Shown here piece after piece: positions 1 to 8,609 of a stretch of 55,552 bases of DNA. The first letter of the stretch is position 1. The number at the start of each line of letters is the position of its first letter. Under the pieces are notes generated by a model that made no database searches, was not told the DNA's origin, and saw only the letters and a program-made list of their open reading frames with translations. Location: contig SIBF01000001.1 in the NCBI GenBank assembly GCA_009695275.1, positions 1-55,552 of the forward strand. The letters run 5' to 3'. The stretch comes from Pedosphaera sp. (GTDB lineage Bacteria > Verrucomicrobiota > Verrucomicrobiia > Limisphaerales > F1-12-MAGs170). The position numbers and the translations under genes are program-made.

Positions 1-1191
1 CCTGTAGCAAAGGGGAGCGCGGGCGTCCCGCCCGCTGAATCCGGCGTCCCGCCGGATTCTCGTCACACTCACTCTTCTCAGGACGAAAAGTTAGAGGAAC
101 GAAGTTTTCGGCGGGACGCCGAAAACAGCGCGCGAGACGCACGCGCTCCCCAACATGACCCCGACGAAACGCGCGTCACGCTCATCCTCGAAGTTTCGGA
201 CACCGGCATCGGGATTCCGAAGGCGCAACAGGACCACATCTTCGGCGCGTTCTCGCAAGTGGCGGGTCAAAGCACACGCAAGTTCGGCGGCACTGGCCTC
301 GGCCTCACCATCACCAAGCGGCTTGCCGAAATGATGCATGGCGTGATCACTGTCACGAGCGAACCAGGGCAGGGCAGCGCGTTCCGGTTCGAGTTCCCCA
401 ATGTGGCGATCACAGAGCTGGCCGAGTCCGATGCCACCGCAACGAGCGGCGAAGGCGACTTCACCCAGTTCGCTCCCGCGACGATTCTGGTGGCTGATGA
501 CGTGGCGTTGAATCGGGCGCTGCTCACCGGTTATTTCGAAGGCACAGGACATAAAGTTTTCCTGGCAACAAACGGACTCGAGGCATTGGAACAAGCGGAG
601 AAGCTTCGGCCGGACGTGATCCTGATGGACATGCGGATGCCGGAGCTGGACGGCCACGAGGCAACGAAACGATTGAAAGCAAACCCAGCCCTGAAGAACA
701 TCCCGGTCATCGCGGTGACGGCGTCATCATTTCGCGAAGAAGAAGCGAAAGCGCGGAAGATCTGTGATGGGTTCATCCGCAAGCCGTTCAACCGGGAGGA
801 GCTTATTGCTGAGTTGAAACGTTTCCTGAAGCTGGCTGAAGTTCACGAGCGGGAACTTTCCGCGAACCGACCAGAGGCGACACGCATGGAAGCGTCAGCC
901 GTTTCCGAAGCCGCGTGGAAGGATCGTCCTGAATTGCTCGCCAGGCTTCGCCACGAGCAGACCACGGTCTGGCCGCGGCTCTGTCGCGTGATGGACATGA
1001 GCGAGATTGAGGAGTTCGCCCGCCGGCTGGAAGCATGGTCGGAAGAGGGGCATCTTTCTCCGTTGGGAAACTACGCGGTGGAATTGCTGCGGGACGTCGA
1101 GGCCTTCGATGTGGATCAACTTGCCAGAACGCTGCAAAAATTCCCCGCCCTCTGCGCAACGGCCGGGCTGAAGGAGGAGCAGAAACCATGA
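1..1191 (+). CDS. hybrid sensor histidine kinase, C-terminal part (5' end off-window): HATPase_c ATP-lid + receiver (REC) + C-terminal helical region
   Basis: Frame 1 is open from nt 1; the track ORF at 259 starts at an internal GTG. 'VTLILEVSDTGIGIPKAQQDHIFGAFSQV..KFGGTGLGLTITKRL' gives the G1/F/G2 boxes. 'ILVADDVALNRALL...DVILMDMRMPELDG...VIAVTA...KP' is a REC fold. The TGA at 1189-1191 overlaps the next ATG (ATGA). Confidence 0.85.
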   Translation, partial: PVAKGSAGVPPAESGVPPDSRHTHSSQDEKLEERSFRRDAENSARDARAPQHDPDETRVTLILEVSDTGIGIPKAQQDHIFGAFSQVAGQSTRKFGGTGLGLTITKRLAEMMHGVITVTSEPGQGSAFRFEFPNVAITELAESDATATSGEGDFTQFAPATILVADDVALNRALLTGYFEGTGHKVFLATNGLEALEQAEKLRPDVILMDMRMPELDGHEATKRLKANPALKNIPVIAVTASSFREEEAKARKICDGFIRKPFNREELIAELKRFLKLAEVHERELSANRPEATRMEASAVSEAAWKDRPELLARLRHEQTTVWPRLCRVMDMSEIEEFARRLEAWSEEGHLSPLGNYAVELLRDVEAFDVDQLARTLQKFPALCATAGLKEEQKP

Positions 1192-2303
1192 GCCTCCCTG
1201 GTATTTCCGCGGTCCAGCAAACCAAGTCCCGCGTGCTGGTCGTGGATGACATCTCAAAGAATCTCCAGGTGGTCGGCACGATGTTGCGGAACGAAGGCTA
1301 CCAGGTCATGCCGGCAACCAGTGGCGCCCAAGCCCTCGAACGTGCGCAAGCGCAACCGCCTGACCTGATTTTGCTGGATCTCATGATGCCGGAGATGGAC
1401 GGCCTCGAAGTTTGCCGTCGTCTGAAGGCGGACCCTGCCACGCGACAAATCCCCATCATCTTCCTCACCGCCAGCAATGAGATGGAGCACCTGGTCAAGG
1501 GCTTCGAGGCCGGGGCCGTGGATTACATCACCAAGCCCTTCAACGCCCCGGAATTGCTGGCCCGGGTGCGCACTCATCTGGAGTTGAAGCTGGCGCGGGA
1601 ACGTCTGCGGGAGATGAACGATGAAAAGAATGAATTCATGGGCATCGCCGCTCATGATTTGCGCAACCCCCTGTCCGCGATCAAAGGCTACTCCGAAATG
1701 ATGATCGAAGACGCGCAGGCATTGCAACACCGTGAGCTCGAGGAAAACGGACGCCGGGTTCTCGAGACTGCCGTGCGCATGGCCGAGATGGTGCAAAATC
1801 TCCTGGATGCCAATCGTATTGAGCGCGGGGAAATGCAGCTTCACCTGGCACCGATGGATCTGGCCGCGGCAGTGGCGGCCGTCCTGGAAACCCAGCGCCC
1901 GCGAGCCGTGGCCAAGCAACAAGCCCTCCACTGGCAGAACGAAGCCGGGCCGGTCCCCGTGCTGGCTGATGCGAGTGTACTAACGCAGGTCGTCGAGAAC
2001 CTGGTTTCCAACGCCATCAAGTACTCGCCTCCGGGCAAAACTATTTTCGTGCAGTTGAACAGGTTCGCGGAGACGGCGCGTTGCGAAGTGAGGGACGAAG
2101 GCCCCGGCCTGAGTGCGGAGGATCAGAAGAAACTGTTCGGCAAATTCGCGCGCCTGAGCGCGAAGCCGACTGGCGGGGAAAATTCCACCGGCCTCGGCCT
2201 TTCCATTGTGAAGAAGATGGTCGAGGCGATGAACGGCAAAGTATGGTGCGAGAGTGAGCCGGGCCACGGAGCAAAGTTCATCGTTGAGTTTGCCACCACT
2301 TGA
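1188..2303 (+). CDS. response-regulator receiver / histidine kinase fusion (REC-HisKA-HATPase_c)
   Basis: ATG at 1188 ('MSLPGISAVQQTKSRVLVVDD'); the track start at 1035 is an upstream extension overlapping the previous gene. REC: 'DLILLDLMMPEMDG'. H-box: 'FMGIAAHDLRNPLSAI'. N-box: 'LVSNAIKYSP'. G boxes: 'VRDEGPGL' and 'GLGLSIVKKMVEAMNGKV'. Confidence 0.9.
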   Translation: MSLPGISAVQQTKSRVLVVDDISKNLQVVGTMLRNEGYQVMPATSGAQALERAQAQPPDLILLDLMMPEMDGLEVCRRLKADPATRQIPIIFLTASNEMEHLVKGFEAGAVDYITKPFNAPELLARVRTHLELKLARERLREMNDEKNEFMGIAAHDLRNPLSAIKGYSEMMIEDAQALQHRELEENGRRVLETAVRMAEMVQNLLDANRIERGEMQLHLAPMDLAAAVAAVLETQRPRAVAKQQALHWQNEAGPVPVLADASVLTQVVENLVSNAIKYSPPGKTIFVQLNRFAETARCEVRDEGPGLSAEDQKKLFGKFARLSAKPTGGENSTGLGLSIVKKMVEAMNGKVWCESEPGHGAKFIVEFATT

Positions 2304-2359
2304 ACAGTGTCATGCCGTTCGCCTGTCGGTTGATGAACAAGAGATGTGGACCACCAGCT

Positions 2360-3010
2360 CTATTTGGAAGCAATCGCAACCCGGCAGGTTTCCGCGAAGG
2401 CGAGGCACTGTGATTCCACCCATTGCCAATCTCCAGCCTCGATGCGCTTCCGATCAAACAGCGGGTTGCCGATGCCCGCACCGTCTGCTCCGGCGCGCAT
2501 GAATTCCGGGAGGGTCTTCAAATCGACGCCGCCGGTGGGCAGGAGTTTGATGTGCGGCAAGGGCGCCTTGATCGCCCGGATGTAAGCCGGGCCGTGTAGT
2601 TCGGCTGGAAAGATTTTCACCATCGTGGCCCCGTGATCCCACGCGCAAGCGATCTCGGTCGGGGAAAGTGCGCCGGGAAACACCGGCGTCTGCAAACGCA
2701 CGCATTGGTCCAGAACATCGATCACCAATGTGGGCGTGACGATGAAAGATGCTCCGGCACTTAGGGCTTCATCCAGCAGCCGACGCGATGTCACGGTGCC
2801 CGCGCCGATGTTCAGGGCTCCTTTGGCACACTCCACCGCGTGCCGGATCTGTCCTGCGGCGTCGGGACTGTTCATGGTGATCTCCAGGTTCCGCAATCCA
2901 CCACGCACCGCCGATGAGATGAGCGGTTCGATCTGGTGTGTCGCAAAGCCACGGAGGATCCCGATCAATGGCATTTCCTGAAAATGCTGATGGCTGAAGA
3001 TGACACTCAT
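2360..3010 (-). CDS. dgoA: KDPG/KDPGal (2-dehydro-3-deoxy-6-phosphogluconate or -galactonate) aldolase family
   Basis: Start taken at ATG 3010 ('MSVIFSHQ..'), which forms an ATGA overlap with the dgoK stop. 'PLIGILRG', 'IGAGTV', 'FIVTP', 'MVKIFPA', 'LLPTGGV' match the Eda/DgoA aldolase fold. The dgoA assignment rests only on coupling to dgoK. Confidence 0.75.
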   Translation of the reverse strand: MSVIFSHQHFQEMPLIGILRGFATHQIEPLISSAVRGGLRNLEITMNSPDAAGQIRHAVECAKGALNIGAGTVTSRRLLDEALSAGASFIVTPTLVIDVLDQCVRLQTPVFPGALSPTEIACAWDHGATMVKIFPAELHGPAYIRAIKAPLPHIKLLPTGGVDLKTLPEFMRAGADGAGIGNPLFDRKRIEAGDWQWVESQCLAFAETCRVAIASK

Positions 3011-4038
3011 GGTGTTTGCCTGCCGATCAATGTCTTCAAGAACATGGCCTGTCCCATGATTGTCGCGCGGGCCATGGTCCCGGCTCGGACGCATTGCCAG
3101 CCAGCCTCCGCGCCTCGAAGTTCTGCAAGGGCGATGCGGTAGAGATTCGCCAGCGCTCCAGTCGCGGCGATAAAAATTGGACAAGTCACGGACTGAAGAG
3201 CGATCAACTCGGATCCTATGATGAGCCCGCTGAAGAATCGCGTATTCTCACCCAACGCGCTCCGATCGAGAACCGCCCGGGTGCGCACGCGAAAAAGTCC
3301 ACCAGCCAATCCACACCGGCGCGCGTGCCGGACTCCCTCCTCGAAAGCAGTCCGATCATCGCCGGACAATTCGTCAGAGGGGCTCGCGCTTCCCACTGAA
3401 TCGACTTGAACGGATGCCCGCAACAGACTGTGCCGGCCGAGCACGTCAAACAATTCCCCGGTCATGTAGGTTTGGAAATCCACGACGGAGCCGCCACGAA
3501 CATGAATGTGTTTGGAATGCGTTCCGGGAAGAACAAGCAGCGATGCTTCGCGAGCCGCAGCCATTTCCTCGGAGGCCATGATGCCAACCACCTCAATTTC
3601 CTCGCCTCGCATGATGTCGGCGGGATGCGCCGCGCCTGAAATCAAATGTGTGTTTGAAATCCAATCCGGTCCTGCCCATTTGATTTTCGCATGGCTCAGA
3701 CCGCTTCCGTTGAGTTGAAGTGGCAATGCGGCGTAGGGCAATTCACGCCAGCCCACGGTCGAGGAAGCCATGCCAGAAACCACGAGGGGCAATGGTTCAT
3801 CAAGCCTCCCCTGCCCTTCCACCAGCTTGTCCAACTGCCGCCGGAGGTGCGCTTCAAAGATCGTTCCCCGCTCTACCTCGGTCAACGCGCCCCCCGACTG
3901 CGCTTGTTCGTACAATGCGCGGACGCCACTGCTCTCGCGGATTTCCCTGACCACCGTGCATCCTGCGTCGCGAACCCATCGAAGCCGAAACGTTGAAGTT
4001 CCCCAATCGCAAGAAATGAATTCCAATTGGTCGCTCAT
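3007..4038 (-). CDS. dgoK: 2-dehydro-3-deoxygalactonokinase
   Basis: 'FISCDWGTSTFRL', 'VVSGMASSTVGWRELPY', 'IMRGEEIEVVG', 'LPGTHSKH...DFQTYMTGELF', 'FFSGLIIGSE' track the E. coli DgoK motifs along the full length. Confidence 0.85.
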   Translation of the reverse strand: MSDQLEFISCDWGTSTFRLRWVRDAGCTVVREIRESSGVRALYEQAQSGGALTEVERGTIFEAHLRRQLDKLVEGQGRLDEPLPLVVSGMASSTVGWRELPYAALPLQLNGSGLSHAKIKWAGPDWISNTHLISGAAHPADIMRGEEIEVVGIMASEEMAAAREASLLVLPGTHSKHIHVRGGSVVDFQTYMTGELFDVLGRHSLLRASVQVDSVGSASPSDELSGDDRTAFEEGVRHARRCGLAGGLFRVRTRAVLDRSALGENTRFFSGLIIGSELIALQSVTCPIFIAATGALANLYRIALAELRGAEAGWQCVRAGTMARATIMGQAMFLKTLIGRQTP

Positions 4039-4055
4039 GGTGATCTCCGATACAT

Positions 4056-4523
4056 TTACTTCAGCGCATCTGGAAACGCGAGCTGTCGCAGCGCTTCATA
4101 CAGGACAATCGCAACGCAATTCGAGAGGTTCAATGATCGTGCATCAGCGTTGAACATTGGCAGCCGAATCCAGCTCTCATGGCGGCTCTTGAGCAGCTCG
4201 GCCGGCAAACCAGCGGTCTCGCGCCCAAACACGAGGTAATCCTCTCCGGAGTATTTCACCGCTGAGTAGAGCTGGGGCCCGTTGGATTCCACCAGCCAGA
4301 GTCGCGCGCCCGGTGGCAATCCAGCCTCAAACTCCGTCCAGCTCCTCCAGCGCTTCCAATCGACGTGCTCCCAATAATCCATTCCCGCCCTCTTGAGCTG
4401 CTTGTCATCGAGCTTGAATCCGAATGGCTCGACGAGATGGAGCGTGGAGCGCGTCGCAGCGCAGAGGCGGGCGACGTTGCCGGTATTCGGCGGGATTTCA
4501 GGCTCAACCAGGACGATGTGCAT
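4056..4523 (-). CDS. trmL: tRNA (cytidine/uridine-2'-O-)-methyltransferase, SpoU/TrmL family
   Basis: Start at ATG 4523 ('MHIVLVEPEIPPNTGNVARLCAAT'). 'YLVFGRETAGLP' and 'RSLNLSNCVAIVLYEALRQ' are SPOUT knot motifs. About 155 aa, typical for TrmL. Confidence 0.85.
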   Translation of the reverse strand: MHIVLVEPEIPPNTGNVARLCAATRSTLHLVEPFGFKLDDKQLKRAGMDYWEHVDWKRWRSWTEFEAGLPPGARLWLVESNGPQLYSAVKYSGEDYLVFGRETAGLPAELLKSRHESWIRLPMFNADARSLNLSNCVAIVLYEALRQLAFPDALK

Positions 4524-5310
4524 CTGATGCTTTGTATTTTGGATTCCGGACTTTGGGATTGTAGAAGACCTTCCAGAGCACGAGTCCATGGGCCGGCGCT
4601 GTCATCCCGGCCGCGCCGCGATCCTTCTTCTCCAGCATCGAGGAGACAGCCGAAGCTTCGAACTTGCCCAGCCCGATCTGAATCAACGTGCCCACAATCC
4701 CCCGGCACATCTTGTAGAGAAATCCATCGCCCTCGATGATGAACGTCAACAACGGTCCGCTTCGTCGAACATCGCATCGTGTCAACCGTCGCACCGTGCT
4801 TTCCGGCTTGTAGTTCCGATTCGCAGCGAACGATTCAAAATCATGGCTGCCGATGAACAACGCGCTCGCGGCGCGCATCGCGGCCAGGTTTAATTCCTTG
4901 GGAACATGCCACGTCTGCTGCCGCAGAAGCGGCTGATGCGCGTGATGATTCCAGACGAAGTAACGATACTGTTTGCCGGACGCGTCAAACCTTGCGTGAA
5001 ACTCCGCCGGACATCGAGTCGCGGCGACAATCCTGACATCTTTGGGAAGGTTCGCGTTGAGTGCCAGTGCGAGCCTCGCCGTTGGCATCTTGAATTGTTC
5101 CCGGGGGATCTCCACGTGCGCCACCATTCCAACCGCATGAACGCCCGTGTCCGTCCGGCTCGAGCTGTGAATCCGTTTCACGCCGGGAAAGAGCCGTTGC
5201 AAAGCGCTTTCAATCTTCTCCTGAACGCCGGTGCCGATCTTCTGAACCTGCCAGCCGGCGTAATTCGTCCCGTCGTAAGCGATGGTGAGTTTGAATTTGA
5301 TGGTGTCCAT
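4504..5310 (-). CDS. truA: tRNA pseudouridine(38-40) synthase
   Basis: Start at ATG 5310 ('MDTIKFKLTIAYDGTNYAGWQVQ'). The catalytic 'SSRTDTGVHA' motif is present. 'GSHDFESF' and 'IEGDGFLYKMCR' are TruA signatures. The 3' end overlaps the trmL start by 20 nt. Confidence 0.9.
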   Translation of the reverse strand: MDTIKFKLTIAYDGTNYAGWQVQKIGTGVQEKIESALQRLFPGVKRIHSSSRTDTGVHAVGMVAHVEIPREQFKMPTARLALALNANLPKDVRIVAATRCPAEFHARFDASGKQYRYFVWNHHAHQPLLRQQTWHVPKELNLAAMRAASALFIGSHDFESFAANRNYKPESTVRRLTRCDVRRSGPLLTFIIEGDGFLYKMCRGIVGTLIQIGLGKFEASAVSSMLEKKDRGAAGMTAPAHGLVLWKVFYNPKVRNPKYKASDAHRPG

Positions 5311-5326
5311 TCGGCATCCACAGATC

Positions 5327-5740
5327 TCAAACCGACAAACTCTCGAGATAACTCTGGAGCAGAATCGCAGCGGCGGCACCATCGACACGTTCCTTGCGCT
5401 CCGCCCGGCGGACGTTTGATTGGATCAACAGGCGGTTCGCTTGAGCGGAAGTCAATCGCTCGTCCCAGGTCCGGATCGGCACAGTCACTTTCTCCTGCAC
5501 CGCCGCGATAAATTCGCGCACTTTCTGCGCCGCCGGGCCGTAGCTGCCGTCCATGTTGCGGGGCATTCCCACTAAAATCAGTTCGACCTCCCTGGCCAGC
5601 AGCAAGGCCTTGAGCTTCACGAGGGCGTCAGCGAACGGTTGTGCCGGGATGAAATCCAGCGGCTGCGCCAGTATTTTCAATTCATCGCTGACAGCCACGC
5701 CGATGCGTTTGGTTCCGTGATCCAGGGCAAGGATGCGCAT
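5327..5740 (-). CDS. ruvX: Holliday-junction resolvase-like / pre-16S rRNA nuclease YqgF
   Basis: 'MRILALDHGTKRIGVAVSD' plus 137 aa length. 'ILVGMPRNMDGS' and 'DERLTS' motifs are present. Confidence 0.9.
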   Translation of the reverse strand: MRILALDHGTKRIGVAVSDELKILAQPLDFIPAQPFADALVKLKALLLAREVELILVGMPRNMDGSYGPAAQKVREFIAAVQEKVTVPIRTWDERLTSAQANRLLIQSNVRRAERKERVDGAAAAILLQSYLESLSV

Positions 5741-5743
5741 ATT

Positions 5744-7090
5744 TCAAAGGGTCTTCAACACCTTCGCCGCCGCCTGAATCGTCCTGTCCAGATCGATGTT
5801 GGTGTGCGCAACAGAGAGGAAGCCCGCTTCGAACTGCGAAGGGGCCAGATATATGCCAGCTTCCAGCATTCCGTGGAAGAATTTCTTAAAGCGCTCACGG
5901 TCGCTTTTCATCGCGTCGCCGAGATTCCAGACTGGTTCGCCGGTGAAGTAGCCACAGAACATTGAGCCGCACCGGTTGAAGGTGATGGACACGCCCGCAG
6001 ACTTCGCTGCGTCACGCATCCCGGCTTCGAGTTGAGAGCCGAGTTGTTCGAGGCGTTCGTAAACCGCCCCCCTCTCCCAGCCTTCCGCCTTCACCTCCTC
6101 TTTGGATAGGGAGGGAGTTGGGGTGAGGGTCGCTCCGAGTCCTTCCAAAGTTGCAAGACCCGCGGCCATCGCCAGCGGATTGCCGCTTAACGTACCGGCT
6201 TGATATACGGGACCGAGCGGCGCGAGGTAGTCCATGATCTCCGCGCGACCACCGAACGCCCCCACCGGCAGACCGCCTCCGATGATCTTCCCAAAGCACG
6301 ACAAGTCCGGCGTGATCCCAAATCGCTGCTGTGCACCACCGAGCGCCAGTCGGAAGCCAGTCATTACTTCGTCGAAGATGAGCAGAGCGCCATTCCTGGC
6401 GGTGATGTCGCGGAGAAATTCAAGATAGCCGGGTTTCGGCAGGTAAAGACCAGCGTTGCCAGGCACTGGCTCGATGATGATTCCAGCGATCTGGTCCTGG
6501 TTGGCGGCGAAGGCCGCTTTCACCGCCTCTTCGTCATTGAACGGCAGAACGATGGTGTGCTGAGTGAACGAGGCAGGCACACCAGCACTGTCTGGATGCC
6601 CAAACGTCAAAGCTCCCGAGCCAGCTTTCACCAGCAACGAATCGGCATGTCCGTGATAACAGCCGTCGAACTTCACAATCTTGTCGCGCTTGGTGAAGCC
6701 ACGCGCCAGGCGAATGGCGCTCATGCAAGCTTCGGTCCCGGAGTTGCACATGCGAACCTTTTTCACGCTCGGCACGATCGACGTGATCAACTTCGCCATC
6801 GTGACTTCGAGGGGATTTGGAATTCCAAAGCTGGTGCCGTTCACAGCCGCCTGTTGAACCGCCGCAATAACTTTCGGATGCGCGTGCCCAAGAATCGCCG
6901 GCCCCCACGTCCCGACATAATCAATCAGTTCATTGCCATCCACATCGAAGATATGCGCGCCACTCGCGCGATTGACAAAGAACGGCTGCCCGCCCACCGC
7001 CCTGAAGGCGCGGACGGGGGAATTCACACCGCCGGGTATGTATTTCAAGGCTTCGGCGAATAGTTGCTCCGATCTGGCGCGGCTGATCAT
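5744..7090 (-). CDS. hemL: glutamate-1-semialdehyde 2,1-aminomutase
   Basis: Start at ATG 7090 ('MISRARSEQLFAEALKYIPGGVNSPVRAF'). 'FDEVMTGFR' and 'GKIIGGGLPVGAFGG' give the PLP-lysine region. The C-terminus is 'YLAPSQFEAGFLSVAHT'. The stop lies 3 nt from the ruvX start. Confidence 0.92.
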   Translation of the reverse strand: MISRARSEQLFAEALKYIPGGVNSPVRAFRAVGGQPFFVNRASGAHIFDVDGNELIDYVGTWGPAILGHAHPKVIAAVQQAAVNGTSFGIPNPLEVTMAKLITSIVPSVKKVRMCNSGTEACMSAIRLARGFTKRDKIVKFDGCYHGHADSLLVKAGSGALTFGHPDSAGVPASFTQHTIVLPFNDEEAVKAAFAANQDQIAGIIIEPVPGNAGLYLPKPGYLEFLRDITARNGALLIFDEVMTGFRLALGGAQQRFGITPDLSCFGKIIGGGLPVGAFGGRAEIMDYLAPLGPVYQAGTLSGNPLAMAAGLATLEGLGATLTPTPSLSKEEVKAEGWERGAVYERLEQLGSQLEAGMRDAAKSAGVSITFNRCGSMFCGYFTGEPVWNLGDAMKSDRERFKKFFHGMLEAGIYLAPSQFEAGFLSVAHTNIDLDRTIQAAAKVLKTL

Positions 7091-7305
7091 GTGCAGTTTG
7101 TGGCACCTTGTCTTGATCGCTTGCAAGCCAAGACTCGAACTCCAGGGTGCAATTCAAAGGAGGCTCGAAACAAAGGAGGCCCTGGCAAATGCGGTGGAAA
7201 TCACTTCCATCGAACTTAAGCCGAATTGAATGGGGCTCACACCCGTCAGAAAAAGATTCGTCAATGTCCCTTGGGCTTGCCACATTCCATTTCAACGATC
7301 CATTG

Positions 7306-8583
7306 ATGACTGAAAATATACAGAACCAATCGCGCGTGCTTCTTGCGCTGCTATCCGCGACGGGGGTGTTGCTCCTCGTGGCGTGCCAGCGCGACAGTGC
7401 GCCCGCTTCCACATCAAAGAAACCGGACGCACCCGCCAAAACCGTCCGCGCGTCAAGGATCCGGCTCATGCCGGTTGAGCGCACCGTCCGGTCATTCGGC
7501 TCCCTTTCAGCGCACGAGCAGGCAACCCTCAGCACGAAAGTTCCAGGACGATTGGAGAATCTGCTGGTGGACCTGGGGTCTGTGCTCCGAAAGGACGAAA
7601 TCATCGCTCAGTTGGATCAGAAGGATTACAAACTGCGGCTTCAACAGGCTGAAGCGCTGCTGGCTCAGGCAAGAGTGCGGCTCGGACTGCCACTCCACGG
7701 CGAGGACGATACCATCGCCCCTGAAGACACCAGCCAGGCGCGCCAGGCCAAAGCCGTGCTGGACGAAGCCCGCACCACCCGCGAGCGCATTCGGAACCTC
7801 TCCGATCAGAAGATCATCTCAAAATCCGAAGTCGAAACCGCCGAGGCAGCCTACACCGTCGCCTTGGGCAAACATCAAGCGACCGTCGAAGAAGCCCGCA
7901 CTCAACAAGCGCTCGTCGCTCAACGGAGAGCGGAAGTCAGGATCGCCCGGCAGGCGCTGGAAGATACAACTATCACCGCGCCCTTTGACGGTTCAGTCCA
8001 GGAACGGCGTGCCAACATAGGTGAGTACCTCTCAGCCAGCACACCAATCATCACGCTGGTGCGAATGGACCCGTTGCGACTCCGCCTCGAGGTGGCGGAA
8101 GCCGAAGCTTCAAAAATCGCCGCCGGCCAGAAAGTGCGGCTGACACTTCAAGGCACCACAAACATCTACTCGGGCGAAATCAAACGACTAAGTCCCGCCC
8201 TCGACGAGCGCTCGCGCATGCTCCGCATCGAAGCGGATGTTCCAAACCCTGGCACGCTGCGACCCGGGGCGTTTGTCACCGCTGAGATTGTGATCAATCA
8301 GAAGGACATGGCCGTGACCGTGCCGAATCGAGCGCTGGTCACCTTTGCCGGAATCGAAAAGATTTTCGTCCTGGAGAGCGGTAGAGCGATCGAACGAGGC
8401 GTCACCACCGGTCAACGCTTCGGCCAAAACGTCGAGATCATTACCGGGATTTCTGCCGGAGATGTGGTGATTCTGGAACCTGGAGCGGTGCAAAACGGTG
8501 CATCCGTCACAGCATCCATCGATGAATCCAGCGACGCACCCTCGTCATCGTTGAACCACGGCGCCAGCAAACCAAACGGTTAG
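7306..8583 (+). CDS. efflux RND transporter periplasmic adaptor subunit (HlyD/MFP family), lipoprotein-type signal
   Basis: Start taken at ATG 7306 ('MTENIQNQSRVLLALLSATGVLLLVAC', lipobox-like LVAC). It has a coiled-coil hairpin (Q/A/E/R-rich, 7600-7950), 'ITAPFDGSV' and a beta-barrel/MP-domain tail. It sits directly upstream of the RND pump. Confidence 0.85.
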   Translation: MTENIQNQSRVLLALLSATGVLLLVACQRDSAPASTSKKPDAPAKTVRASRIRLMPVERTVRSFGSLSAHEQATLSTKVPGRLENLLVDLGSVLRKDEIIAQLDQKDYKLRLQQAEALLAQARVRLGLPLHGEDDTIAPEDTSQARQAKAVLDEARTTRERIRNLSDQKIISKSEVETAEAAYTVALGKHQATVEEARTQQALVAQRRAEVRIARQALEDTTITAPFDGSVQERRANIGEYLSASTPIITLVRMDPLRLRLEVAEAEASKIAAGQKVRLTLQGTTNIYSGEIKRLSPALDERSRMLRIEADVPNPGTLRPGAFVTAEIVINQKDMAVTVPNRALVTFAGIEKIFVLESGRAIERGVTTGQRFGQNVEIITGISAGDVVILEPGAVQNGASVTASIDESSDAPSSSLNHGASKPNG

Positions 8584-8609
8584 CCCGCGCGTCCATCAAC
8601 CGACCTCAC

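Noticed and set aside
1035-1187. Upstream extension of the second kinase ORF (track start at 1035).
   Set aside because: The extension overlaps the C-terminus of the preceding gene in another frame and is Arg/Gly-rich with no motif. ATG 1188 gives an ATGA stop-start overlap and a normal REC N-terminus.
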